Below are positions 25,901 to 38,734 of a DNA stretch of 64,000 nucleotides, piece by piece (position 1 is the first letter of the stretch; each line of letters begins with the position of its first letter). The notes beneath the pieces were generated by a model. It was not told the DNA's origin and did not search any database. It saw only the letters and a list, made by a program, of their open reading frames with translations. The translations under genes were made by a program, and so were the position numbers. This DNA is from Eledone cirrhosa (Eukaryota): positions 164,858,001-164,922,000 of the forward strand of contig OZ024741.1 in assembly GCA_964016885.1 (NCBI GenBank), written 5' to 3'.

Positions 25901-26615
25901 TGTAGATAAGTTCTAGGCATGACTGTGTAGTTAAGTTCTAGGCATGGCTGTGTAGTTAAGTTCTAGGCATGACTGTGTAGTTAAGTTCTAGGCATGACTG
26001 TGTAGTTAAGTTCTAGGCATGACTGTGTAGTTAAGTTCTAGGCATGACTGTGTAGTTAAGTTCTAGGCATGGCTGTGTAGTTAAGTTCTAGGCATGACTG
26101 TGTAGTTAAGTTCTAGGCATGACTGTGTAGTTAAGTTCTAGGCATGGCTGTGTAGTTAAGTTCTAGGCATGGCTGTGTAGTTAAGTTCTAGGCATGACTG
26201 TGTAGTTAAGTTCTAGGCATGACCGTGTAGTTAAGTTCTAGGCATGACCGTGTAGTTAAGTTCTAGGCATGGCCGTGTAGTTAAGTTCTAGGCATGACTG
26301 TGTAGTTAAGTTCTAGGCATGACTGTGTAGTTAAGTTCTAGGCATGACTGTGTAGTTAAGTTCTAGGCATGGCTGTGTAGTTAAGTTCTAGGCATGACTG
26401 TGTAGTTAAGTTCTAGGCATGACTGTGTAGTTAAGTTCTAGGCATGACTGTGTAGTTAAGTTCTAGGCATGGCTGTGTAGTTAAGTTCTAGGTATGACTG
26501 TGTAGTTAAGTTCTAGGCATGACTGTGTAGTTAAGTTCTAGGCATGGCTGTGTAGTTAAGTTCTAGGCATGACTGTGTAGTTAAGTTCTAGGCATGACTG
26601 TGTAGTTAAGTTCTA
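22941..26615. repeat. 25-bp minisatellite, 147 units
   Basis: Unit GGCATG(A/G)CTGTGTAGTTAAGTTCTA. Length 3675 bp = 147 x 25, with no indels. Confidence 0.99.
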
Positions 26616-27943
26616 AAGCAGAGTTACAGATTAAGCATATCACTGTATATTTTTCTAAATCTCTGGGTACACTATTAAAAGGAGGGGGGGGGGGATGCCC
26701 TCCAATGTGCTACCTCCTTGGAGATGGACCTGTCCTTCTAACCCAAAAGCCAGTGGTTTTCAAACTGGGATTCAACAAATCAGTACTTGGTGTATGTGAG
26801 ATAATAGTTCAAAATTAATTATTATTATACTCATCTAGATTGGGACAACTACATTTCATAATTCAAGTATTTTGTTAAAAACATGATATCTATCTACTAT
26901 TGGATATCAAATATTCTCTCAGTATAAACATTTCTGTCTTTTGGTTGGTATATTTTTGCCATATAACAATTTGAGAGGGAAGTAATTGTAATGACAATGT
27001 GGGGTGGGCGAGGTCATTGGAAAAATTCATCTAAATGAAAAGCGGCCATTGTTATTGAAAAGGTTGGGAACAACTGCTATGAAATATTGCATGGAGCCTA
27101 TTGTATGTCAGCCAGCTAAACTTGAAAAAGAACAACTAGAGTACAATACACTGGCTGAAGAAGTAGTAACATTTAAACTGTTGACCTTGATGACAGTAGT
27201 GCAACACTTTCACTTTAGCCTTATTATAGTTTAGAAATATCCTATTTATATCTAACAAAATGGCAATTTGAATTAAGTGCTATTTTAGCTAAAGTATGAT
27301 ATGAATGTTCAGTTCATAATATATCATAACACTTAATGATGAAGCTTTTGTCTCTATCAATCATAGTTTTTGACATTTCATGAAGATATCAGGCTGACAG
27401 CTGGCTATTGTTATGTGAAGAGTAAAAGTTAATATAGCTTTAAGGTTTAGCCTTTGATGACAAGAGATGTTATGACAAGAGAATATCAAGAAACTAGCAA
27501 CATGCTGATTAAAGAGTGAAACAAAAATAAACCAAATAATACAGCCTGCAAGCAGTTACTCAGCATTATCAGAAAAGCATAATAAACTGCCAAAAGTCAT
27601 TTTGATATAGAAAATAATCAAACAGAGGGTGGTGGCAAGGAGAAGGAGGTGGAGATAAGAGTATCTAACTAACTTGTTGACTAAAAGACATTTTCCAAAG
27701 AGTAAAAGGATTGAAGATAAGAAATAGGTGAATCAGATAATTATCTTAAATTGGAATCACTGTGAGAGATTTGACAAGTAGTGAGAAAGAAATAACTGCA
27801 GAAAGGAATTAGTATTAGTATTCTTTGCTAGCAGCATTTGAAGAAAGGAAAGGTTATATGGTAAGCCATTTACAGTACAGACAAGTTCTTTGAAAGACAT
27901 AATTATTCAGATTTCACAGATTTCCTTATCATGATTTGCTGTT

Positions 27944-28110
27944 GCAGGCATGGGCATGTAGTTAAGACGTTTACTTCACAGTTTCGTTTTTGTTTTTCAT
28001 GTTCTATCCCACTATGTTCCACCTTGGGCAAGTGTTTACTATAGCCTCAGGCTGATCAATGCCTTGTCGGTGGTATTTGGTTAATGGAAACTGTTAAGAA
28101 GCCCACCATA
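27944..28110 (+). mobile_element. tRNA-derived SINE (family 3), degenerate
   Basis: GCAGGCATGG..TGTAGTTAAG head, GTTCTATCCC B-box relic, CACCTTGGGCAAGTG...GGAAACTG..AAGAAGCCC body. Confidence 0.65.
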
Positions 28111-28330
28111 TGTGAGTGCGAATTCAGTTTATCGTGTACATCTTCATATCAACAATGTTTGAAGCAGATGGGGATTCAATCCCCAAAGTATTTGAATTCA
28201 GAATGTAAAGAATAGGAATAAATGCTGCAAATCTGATGCTCTAATAATCTTGCCAATTCACAACTATACTACTACTACTACTACTACTACTACTCGTAAT
28301 AATGATTTCAAATTTAGGTACAAGGCCTAC

Positions 28331-28608
28331 TGTTGTATGGACTGGGAATCGAACTCACAACCTCATTGTTGTATGGACTGTTAAATTCGTTTTATTCAAT
28401 TTACACGTGCTCACACATTTGCATATGAATCACGTGACCTGGGCAGTCAGTCAGCGTTGGTATTAAAAACTCGGTCACAGACTGCTGCTGTCACTTACTT
28501 TATGTTATTCTGCTACTGTGAGGAGGGGCGTTTTGGTTGCTTCGTACAATACACAAATTATTTGATATAACTCGTGTTTTCTCTGCGAGTACCGAGAGGA
28601 ATACAACA
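28331..28608 (+). repeat. 5' LTR
   Basis: 278 bp. About 6 substitutions and one 3-bp indel versus the 3' LTR by eye. Confidence 0.95.
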
Positions 28609-28616
28609 GAGTTTAT

Positions 28617-28628
28617 TGGCGTTGCTGG
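28617..28628 (+). promoter_or_regulatory. Putative primer-binding site
   Basis: TGGCGTTGCTGG 8 nt downstream of the 5' LTR. Cognate tRNA not identified. Confidence 0.5.
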
Positions 28629-28649
28629 TAAATTGTTTATCATAAAAAC

Positions 28650-31600
28650 ATGGCGGAACAACAAACAGCGGAGCTAATAAAGTTGTTTAGATAACAGATG
28701 GAACAACAAATGCAACAACACAAGAAAGATATGGACACTCTGATAAAACTGTTTGGTGCTCGAGATTCTGAACAACAGAGTTTATTGGCGTCGCCAGTTG
28801 CTTCGACACCAACAGCATTCATCCCACCATTTGCTGCTTTTGGTTCAACAACAGAACTATGGGCTGATTACTGGTCAAGATTCTGCACGTTTGTGGCTGC
28901 TAACGCTGTACCCGAGCAACGCATGGCACAAGTGTTCCTGACTAATCAGACGGCTGCTATCTACAAACAACTTGCAAATCTGGCTGCTCAACAAAATCCG
29001 CCTAAGGATATCAACAAGTTGACAATGGACGAAATTGTTGACTTCATGAAAGAACAGTTCGACCCAAAACTTTTCATTGTGAGAGAACGTTTCAAGTTCT
29101 GGAGTGACATGCAACGGAAGCCAGGCGAAACTCTCCATGAGCTGGCAGCACGTATACGTCAGGATGCAGCTACCTGTGATTTTCCTTCGATCACAAATCC
29201 ACAAGATGAAGCTCTAAGACAGAGATTTATATGTTCTGTCAATAATGAAGCTGTGTTGAAGGCTATTTTCAAGATCAAGGATACAGAACTAGATTTCGCC
29301 TGTGCTGTCCAAGTTGCCATCGGGACCGAAGACGCAGCAAAGGTTGCCAAGGAAACTGTTTATGGTTCCAAAACCAAGCAAGTCTACAAGGTCCAGCAGA
29401 ACAAGAACAAGGGTCCTCGAAAGAACCATCAGCAGTCTTATTCCACAGACCAGGAGATGTGCTACCGATGTGGAAAGGCCCACAAAGCGACAGACTGCCC
29501 CTTCAAAGAAGCCAAATGTCATTTTTGTAACAAAAAGGGACATTGCAAGCGGTGTGTAGAAAGAAACAACATCAGCAATGTAATCATCGCTCACAGAATT
29601 ACGTGAAAAGAATCACGAAAGCTGAGCTAGTCAAGGAGATCCTTGGTGAAGTTCCCCATGATACTCATAGTTTGAATGTGCCAATAACAATCCAGAACAG
29701 ACTTTTCACAATGGAATTGGACACAGCTACTACAGGCAATTTTGTTTCCTTGTCAGTTTGGAAACAATTAGGAAAACCGAAGCTGCAAGGTGTCAAACAT
29801 CGGTTTGAATCTGCCAGCAAGCACGACCTGCCCGTTCTGGGAACTTTCATGGGCCAAACCAAGGATCAAACGACCGGTAAACGGAATTCAATACCCTACA
29901 TCGTCACCAAGATCTCTGATCTTAATTTGCTGGGACAAAACGCTGTCCAGACTCTGGGAATTTCCGTGGACAATTCTCTAGGATTGAAAAGCATAGACAG
30001 CCAGGCCAAGAGTGAGGGTGCAGAAGTGATGCATCCAAAGACCTCAAATGAGCCCTATATTTCCATGCAACGAGATTGTCACAACATGTGTGATGAATTC
30101 CCAGATCTCTTCAAGCAAGAATTAGGATGTCTTAATGACTTCGAACTGGAAGTGAAGTTCAAGTCGGACGCGACACCGGTCTTTCACAAGGCACGCCCGG
30201 TCCCGTTTGCTCTTCGTGATGACCTGGCCAAAGGTTACGAAGAAGGCATCGCCAAAGGAATCTGGAAGCCAGTACAGTTCAACAAATACGGAACGCCAGT
30301 GGTACCGATTCGTAAAGCACATACTTCAGGCAACCTGAAGCCCAAACTACGGATTTGTGGTGACTACTCTGTGGGAATTAATGACCAACTTGCAGATCAT
30401 CGTCATCCAATGCCATTCCCTGAGGAACTGATGCAGAAGCTCAGAGGTGGATTCGGACACACAAAGATTGATATTGCTGATGCCTATAATCAGATCAAGC
30501 TGGCTCCAGAAAGTCAATGCAGGCTTGCACTCAACACTCACTGTGGGGTGCTCCTGCAGGAACGACTCCCTTTCAGAATCAAGTCAGCACCTGGTTACTT
30601 TCAGGAGAACATGGAAAACCTGACTCAAGATCTACCTGGTGTGGCCATCTTCCAGGACGACATGCTCGTCAGTGGGAAAGATGCAAACGATCACCTGAAC
30701 AACCTAAAGTGTCTGCTCACACGTCTGTGCGACAAAGGACTCAGATGTTGCCGTGACAAGTGCCAGTTTTCACTACCCAGTGTGGAATACCTTGGACACA
30801 CCTTGTCGGCTGAAGGGATCGCGAAAGGATCCAAGGTCAAAGCAGTTTTAAAGATGCCACCTCCAACGAACGTCTCAAGCTTGAAGTCTTTCCTGGGTTC
30901 AGTTCAGTTCTATGGAAAGTTTATCCCAAACCTGGCCAGCATGGCAGAGCCTTACGAAAAAACAACTACTTGGAAGTGAGGAGATGAAGAACAGTCAGCT
31001 TTCGATCAGTCGAAAAATGTGCTTTCATCGGATCGAGTTCTGATACACTTCGATCCAAACAAAACTTTGGGACTGGCTTGCGACGCATCAAACGTTGGTA
31101 TTGGAGCAGTCCTGTTTCATCGCTATCCTGATGGAAGCGAGCGCCCAATATCCAATGTGTCCAAGACTCTTACTTCTGCACAGCGTAACTACGGCCAAAT
31201 TCAAAAGGAAGCCCTGGCCATCATATTTGGCTTGCAGAAGTTCTATCAGTATCTGTACGGACATCAGTTTATACTCGTAACTGACCACAAGCCACTGACA
31301 TCACTGTTCAGTCCGAGGAAAGGGACGCCACTTCTCGCTGCTAACCGACTAGCACGGTGGGCCCTGTGGCTGAACCAGTTTGACTACGCCATCGAATATC
31401 GGAAAACAGCGGATCATGGCAATGCAGATGCCCTCAGTCGCTTGCCATTTGGTAATGACATCGACTTTGACAGGAAGGAAAATGGTGAAGACATGGACAT
31501 GGTGTGCGCCATCAAAGCTCTCAGTCTTCAAGTCCAACCTATCGATGCTAACGTCCTCCGTCAAGAGTCAGGGAAAGATCCAGTGATATCTACAGTGATA

Positions 31601-32878
31601 CGCTACGTCCGTGAAGGCTGGCCACCAAAGAATACTGAGATCAATGACGAAGTCAATAAGTTCCGGAAGTTATCGGATTCACTCAGTATCTGCCACGGAT
31701 GCCTTATCCATGGATCGAGAGTTGTGATTCCACATAGCTTACAGCCAAAGATCCTCAATCTTCTGCATCTCGGACACTTTGGCATGGAGCGCATGAAACA
31801 ATTGGCAAGAACTGCTGTTTATTGGCCTGGTATCGATGCTGCTATAGAGAAAACCAGTCGACAATGTGATTCGTGTGGTGAACATCAAAACCAGCCATCC
31901 AAGTCTCCAGTTCACCCATGGATGTTACCTGAAAAGCCGTGGAGCCGCTTACACCTGGACTAGGCAATAAATTTCATGGGCAGTAATTGGTTGGTGATCA
32001 TGGATGCTTATTCCAAGTATCCATGCATTCATCCTACGTCATCCACGTCCTCCAGAGCCACTTTAGATCTGCTTGAAGAAGACTTTGCGCACTTCGGATT
32101 TCCTCACACGTTAGTCACCGATAACGCACCAACTTTTATTTCTGAGGAGTTCCAGAGCTGGTGCAAAGAACGTGGGATCATGCACCTGACAGGGGCACCT
32201 TACCACCCAGTTACCAACGGAGCAGCGGAACGTTTGGTGCAGACCTTCAAACAAACTCTGAGGAAGACTTCTCTTCCGCCGAAGCGAGCACTTCAAGAGT
32301 TCTTGATGCAGTACCAGAGAACACCGACATCCAGTGGATTCTCTCCGAGTCAACTTTTGAATCAGCGGCAGATACGGACAAGGATTGATTCTCTGCTGCC
32401 CTCGCCAGCACACATCGCTCAAGGCAAGCAGTCTAAGGAAGCATATAAGTCTCAGATGACTCCGGACTCGGCATGTGTCGCTAAGGTTACCAGGCAGTAC
32501 AAGGCTGGAGATCCTGTGTATGCACTATACTACGGACCTCGCCGAGACAAAGATCCCCGATGGGTACCAGCAATCATTAAGAAGTCATTGGGTACTCGCT
32601 GCTTCAACGTTAAGGTCATACCTCATGGCCCAGTGTGGAGATGACACTGGGAACAGCTGCAACCACGGTACACTACTGAGGAAGACAATGAACCTGGTGA
32701 TGCAGTAGACACTGTTTTTGAATTTACAACAGATCACCCGATGGAGATCTCGGAAATCGTGCCACTAACTCCAAGACAGACCGGACCCAAGACCTTATTG
32801 CCCGTGCCAGAGTATGGACCAGACAATCGAAGACGGTCCAAGAGAACTCGTAAACCCCCAGAGAGACTTTGCTGTTGA
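28650..32878 (+). pseudogene. gag-pol polyprotein, disrupted
   Basis: Zn knuckles CYRCGKAHKATDC and CHFCNKKGH; protease ELDTA; RT RICGDY, FQDD; RNase H LACDAS...TDHKPL; integrase HHCC and VTDN...NGAAER. Stops at 28692, 30977, 31961 and 32642. Frameshift ~29543 and deletion ~30950. Confidence 0.93.
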
Positions 32879-32901
32879 TGCTTCTTTTGTCGCATCAATT
32901 T

Positions 32902-32912
32902 CGGTGGGGAGG
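32902..32912 (+). promoter_or_regulatory. Polypurine tract
   Basis: CGGTGGGGAGG abutting the 3' LTR. Confidence 0.75.
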
Positions 32913-33193
32913 TGTTGTATGGACTGGGAATCGAACTCACATCCTCTTTGTTGTTTGGACTGTTAAATTCGTTTTATTCAATTTACACGTGCTCACACAT
33001 TTGCATATGAATCACGTGACCTGGGCAGTCAGTCAGCGTTGGTATTAAAAACTCGGTCACAGACTGCTGCTGTCACTTACTTTATGTTATTCTGCTACTG
33101 TGAGGAGGGGCGTTTTGGTTGTTTTGTACAATACACAAATTATTTGATATAACTCGTTGTGTTTTCTCTGTGAGTACCGAGAGGAATACAACA
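32913..33193 (+). repeat. 3' LTR
   Basis: Direct repeat of 28331-28608. Confidence 0.95.
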
Positions 33194-33198
33194 CCTAC

Positions 33199-34010
33199 AA
33201 TTTGTGGGGAGGAGAAAATAAATGACATCAACCACAGTATATGACTGGTACTTTATTTTATTGACCCCGTAATGATAAAAGGCAAAGCTAACCTAGGCAG
33301 GATTTGAACTCAGATCATAAAGGGCCATAACTATATGCTGCAAAGCATGTTTGTTCAATGAACTATTCTACTACTACTCATAATAATAATAATAATGATT
33401 TCTACTATAGGCACAAGGCCAGTAATTTGGGGGAAGAGGAAAGTCGATTAAATCGACCCCAGTGCATTACTGGTGCTTTATTTTATCGACCCCGGCAAAG
33501 TTAACTCGGCAGGATTTGAACTCAGACCATAAAGGGCCATAACTATATACTGCAAAGCATGTTGTTCAATGAACTATTCTACTACTACTCATAATAATAA
33601 TAATAATTGTTTCTACTTTTGGCACAAGGCCAGCAATTATCTCAGTGCATTACTGGTACTTTATTTTATCGACCCCGTAAGGATGAAAGGCAAAGTCAAC
33701 CTCGGCGGGATTTGAACTCAGACTGTAAAGGGACGTAACTATGCTAGAAAGCATGGTGTCTAACCCTCTACCGATACTGCCAATTCACCGACCTTCATAA
33801 TAATGATTTCTGATTTAGGTACAAGGCCAACAATTTTTGGGGAGGGGAAATTCAATTAAATCGACCCCAGGACATTACTGATGCTTTATTTTATCGAGCC
33901 CATAAGGATGAAAGGCAAAGTTAACCTCAGTGTGACTAGAACTCAAAATCTAAAGAGCCAGAACAAATATTGCAATGGAATTGTATCTGATGACCTACCA
34001 ATTCTGCCAA
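33199..34010 (-). mobile_element. Head-to-tail cluster of ~4 family-2 SINEs
   Basis: Recurrent TACTGGTACTTTATTTTATCGACCCC...GGCAAAG.TAACCTCGGC.GGATTTGAACTCAG. Confidence 0.85.
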
Positions 34011-35427
34011 TGATAATACTAGTATCTACTATAGGCACAAGGCAAAACATTTTGAATGATCGCATAGTCAGTTAGATCGTTTCTGGTATTTGGCTGGTAT
34101 TTCATTTTATTGATCTCAATAGGATGAACAGCAAAGTAAATATATATACAAGGCCAGGAATTTTTGAAGAGGAGTTTGTTAAGAAAAGTGCTTCTCATTC
34201 TAGACTTGTTTTTTTGGTTTTATCAATCATGGAATGATGAATAGTAAAGTTGACTCCAGTAGGAATAATGATAACAATAAGTGCAGCAGTATCAGGATAA
34301 ATTCATGTATTGAGATCAGATTAACTTAATATGATTGCTTATTGATCGGAAATGGTAAACGCCTTTTATGGCTGTATAGGTACAATAACTAAGAAGATAA
34401 GGATACAAACCACCAATGCAGTGGTAAGGATTTCAAATCTAGTTGAAGCAATTTTCTTTTATATATTTCTGTATATTATTTTTGAACAGGATACTTGAGT
34501 CTACATACTTCTGTTCACCAACGTTTCTAAATTGATAGCACTAATACTTCTACTGTTTATTCACCTCTGATCCTGAATAATTCATTATTGCACAAGTGTC
34601 TGGAATAATTAAACATTCATTCCTTATTTCCTGTTTCAAAAGTTTCCAAAGACAGTAATGGAAGCTTGAAACAAGAGATGCTCTTGTCTTTAGGTAAACT
34701 AAATATTCTAGAATGATCCATCATATTCTCTCACATCAAATCATTGTTCTTAATATTTGAAACTGATTGATAAGAAACTGATAATAGTTTAGAGGATGCT
34801 GTTAGAAACTGAAACCAATCATGTGTTACTGGAGCTTAAATATGTTATTGATGAGTGGGAGATGTCTTGTAAGATAAATCATCAGTCACAATGGGAAAAT
34901 GTTAAAATATTTATGATGATGTTATCATTTGTTAAATTGTTGGGGTAGAGCAGAAGTCATAGTATTTTTTATGTTCACCAAAACAGAGGATAGAGTTGTT
35001 TTTTTTTCTTTAATTTTATTTTATTCTACTGTGTAGTAAGAGATGGGTGGGTGTCCATGACTCTTTTTATGATTCACAAGATGGTGGATATGACAAAAGA
35101 AGTTATCTTCAGACCTGGCTTGAATGCTTGAAATAATGGACTCTGTCAAAGGCACCAAACAGCCAGGTAGTGGTACCAAATAACCCAAGTAAGTCATTGG
35201 TGTGAATTTAGTTAAATAAGTTAAGGTGTAATCTACTGCAACAAAGATCAGATTGTTTTATTAAATTAATTCTTTATTTCTTGAAATTATCTCCCCTTTT
35301 CATTGAGAGTCACTAAAAAATCCTACAAGGTTTGTTTTATTTCTCCATAAAGAATATTTCAATCAACTGACAATATTTTGACATGTTATTCAGTATATCA
35401 CTTCTTAACTAATTTATTTGGTCTACT

Positions 35428-35992
35428 TGTGTGTATGTGTATCGTGACTCATACACTGTTCTCTTGCCTGACATTTGTACATTATTCTATGTACTATACA
35501 TGCACTTTTGATGAGTTGTAGTGCACCTGAGCACTGTACACAATCATTTTCATTATTATTATTATTATTATTATTTTAAAGGGCGGTGGATTGGCAGTAT
35601 CGGTAGAGGGTCGGACGCCATGCTTTCCAGCATAGTTACGTCCCTTTACGATCTGAGTTCAAATCCCGCGGAGGTTGACTTTGCCTTTCATCCTTACGGG
35701 GTCGATAAAATAAAGTACCAGTAATGCACTGGATAATTGCTGGCCTTGTACCTAAAGTAGAAACAATTATTATTATTATTATGGAGGGCGGTGGATTGGC
35801 AGAATCAGTAGAGTATCAGACAACATACTTAGCTGTACAGAGTTACGGCCCTTTACGGTCTGAGTTCAAATCCTGCTGAGGTTAGCTTTGCCATTCATCC
35901 TTATGGGGGGGGGGGGAGTCGATAAAATAAAGTACCAGTAATCACTGGGGTAATTGCTGCCCTTGTGCCAAAAGTAGAAACAATTATTATTA
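35428..35992 (+). mobile_element. CR1 3' UTR fragment followed by two family-2 SINEs
   Basis: GAGTTGTAGTGCACCTGAGCAC...(ATT)n, then SINE heads GGGCGGTGGATTGGCAG at 35581 and ~35787. Confidence 0.85.
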
Positions 35993-37397
35993 TGGAGGCT
36001 ACAAAAATATTCAACAAAAGAAACACTGAGTTGCTTAAAAACTGTCCTTGTTTTTTACCTCATCTTTTCTTATTTTGCTTCCCATTTTACTTCTCTTTCT
36101 TTTTCCCCTCTCTCTGTCTCCCTCCTGCTTTTGTCTCATAATTATAAGAGGTATTAGATACCTCCCTTGGTCTGTCATGACTTATTATGAACGTTTAAAT
36201 TGATTATATAAATAAATATTACCTATTTTTAAAATAAATAAAATGGTCCTTGAATAAATTAAGAAGTTTTGTATCCTCTGTTTAAACCATGTAGAACTCA
36301 CACAAATTTCAGTTTTCAGCTTGGCTTTCTTATATCGGAATAAAACACCATGTTAAAAAAAACAGACTGACACACACACACTAACATTTATGAGTATGTC
36401 ACTAAAATAAATTTAATCAAAGCTCTTTGTCTAAGACATGTCAGTGAAAGAATGGCCAGGGAAAGTCTGATAAAAATAAATTAAGAAATAAGGAGGAAAA
36501 GAAAACATTAAAACGGACATTTCTTAAAACATTGTTTCTTTTACAATAACAGTAGATCTACTCTCTTGAAGCAATATGTCTTTTACAATAATGGTGGAAC
36601 TTCTTTCTGTTTCTATTTTTGAAACTAATTTAGCAAGGCTGAAGGGAATAAATATTATTCTGAATATTTAGTTATCTTTTTTAAAAACTCTCATCAAACA
36701 TTTTTTTTTACATTGAGAAAAAAAAATCAACTATATATATACATATATATATATATAGAGAGAGAGATGATACAACATACAGTGTATATATTGCATGAGC
36801 TGACTAGCTTACTACTTTGATAGGACAAATATCTGAGAACAATAATAGATTTCGTGGAGGTGCATATAATATTGAGAGAAGAGGATCTTTCAAATAATGA
36901 ATAAAACATATACAAGAGAAAAAACAACAACATGATGAAAATTTTTGGCTTGTATCTAGAGGAAAAGATGTCTGAGAGAAAGATGTCACTAATGGAAAGA
37001 AACCAAAATTGATATGAAGTTCTTTTTAATGGCAACTATGATAAAAATAAAAAAAAATGAAAGAATCTTGTGTAGTTCCATTGAAAAATTCATGGGAAAA
37101 TTGGAAAGAAAGTGATTTCTTTTTTTTTTTTTTTCATTGCAAAGTAAAGGTAGACTAGATCTGTAAATACTAGCTTTCGCTGTCATTTAGCCTTATGTCA
37201 GCCATGATCAAACAAACTTATGTAAACTATGATCAGAGCCAGAACAGTGTGGGTTTAGGATGGCTAGTTGGCAAGAGTCAGCATGCCTAAAGTTCTAGTT
37301 CTTTTATTCAGCTCTGTTTATTCTAAGTAAATCATGTACACAGCATAGAAATGTATATAAACATAACCCATATGTAAATCATATATTCTTCACTGAT

Positions 37398-37977
37398 TGT
37401 GGATTGGCAGTATCGGTAGAGGATTGGACATCATGTTTTAACGCATTTAACGGCCCTTGCCATTCTGAGTTCAAATCCCGCCGAGGTTAACTTTGCCTTT
37501 CATCCTTACGGGGTCGATAAAATAAAGTACCAGTAATCATCATCAACATCATCACCATTTTACGTCCGTTCTTCCATGCTAGCATGGGTTAGATGGGTTG
37601 CCCTGTTGCGGGCAGTGTCTGGTCGGCTGACCTTGTCTTGCTCATATGGGAACTGATTCTGGCTTGATTTCTACAGCTGGATGCCCTTCCTAACACCAAC
37701 CTCATTTACAGTGAGTGCTGGGTGCTTTTTTTGCTGTGGCACCTCCATGACCACGTTGTAGTGGAATGATAGGGACCCCACTCCTATCATCTCATATCTA
37801 CAACTGAGTAAACTGGAGCAATGTGAAATAAAATGTCTTGCTCAAGGAAACAACACATCACCTGGTCTGACAATTGAACTCACAACCTTTCAATTGCAAG
37901 CCCAATGCTCTAACCACTAAGCCATGTGCCTTCACTGGGATAATTGCTGGCCTTGTGCCAAAAGTAGAAACAATTAT
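37398..37977 (+). mobile_element. Family-2 SINE interrupted by an antisense CORE-like SINE (37538-37935)
   Basis: Host sequence CAGTAAT|CACTGGGATAATTG is split. The insert is the reverse complement of 3606-3985. Confidence 0.88.
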
Positions 37978-38014
37978 ATTCTTCACTGATTATTCAAATA
38001 CTTAATGAAGAGCT

Positions 38015-38395
38015 TACATTTCACATCTGACCAGGGTCTATTACCAGCTTAATGGTGGTGGCAGTGTTGGTTGTGAAGATGATCTACATTTCACTTCTGG
38101 CCAGAGCCTATTACTAGCTTGATGGTGATGGCGGTAGTGGGGGTGATCTATATTTTGCATCTGGCCAGAACCTATTGTCAGCTTGATGGTGGTGGTGGTG
38201 GTGGTAGAGGGGGTGCTCTATATTTTACATCTGGCCAGAGCCTATTGCCAGCTTGATGGTGGTGGTGGTAGTGGGGGTGGTCTACATTTCATATCTAGCT
38301 TGGTGGTGAGGATCTACATTTCACAACTAATCTGAGCCTACTGCTGGCATTGGGACCTATATTTGATATCTGGCCTGAGTCTATTACTGGCTTGG
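38015..38395. repeat. Degenerate ~60-bp tandem repeat, ~6 units
   Basis: Recurrent CTA(C/T)ATTT(C/T)ACATCTGGCCAGAGCCTATT.CCAGCTTGATGGTGG. Confidence 0.8.
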
Positions 38396-38702
38396 CATGG
38401 GTTTGGCTAAAACCCTCCTATTTTACTCAAATATAGTATATATAGGGGTAAATTATCTGAAGAGTATTTTTCAGTGCAAAAGTAAGATGTAACTGGAGGG
38501 AGATTTGGTTGCTATTTCAGGCATGTTGATGTTAACAGGAAAATGTCTGGAAATTGTAGTGTGCATGATAGCTATTCAACAATGGTGGTGGTCAGCAGTG
38601 GCGGCGACAGTAGTAGTAGTAGTATTAGTAGTAGTAGTAGTAGTAGTAGTGGAGGTGATCATCATAGTAGCAGCAACTGTGGAGGGATGGTCATTACAGT
38701 AG

Positions 38703-38734
<32 letters not shown>

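Larger units (their letters stand above)
28331..33193 (+). mobile_element. Full-length Ty3/Gypsy LTR retrotransposon (Mag-like), decayed
   Basis: Two LTRs with TGTTGTAT...ATACAACA ends and 5-bp TSD CCTAC (28326-28330, 33194-33198). Domain order gag-PR-RT-RH-IN. Inserted in the tail of a minus-strand SINE. Confidence 0.97.

Noticed and set aside
22941-26615. CRISPR or telomeric array
   Set aside because: No spacers and no TTAGGG-type unit. It is a plain tandem 25-mer.
34490-34695. Exon between a CAG acceptor and a GTAAAC donor
   Set aside because: Stops in all three frames. It could only be non-coding and is unsupported.
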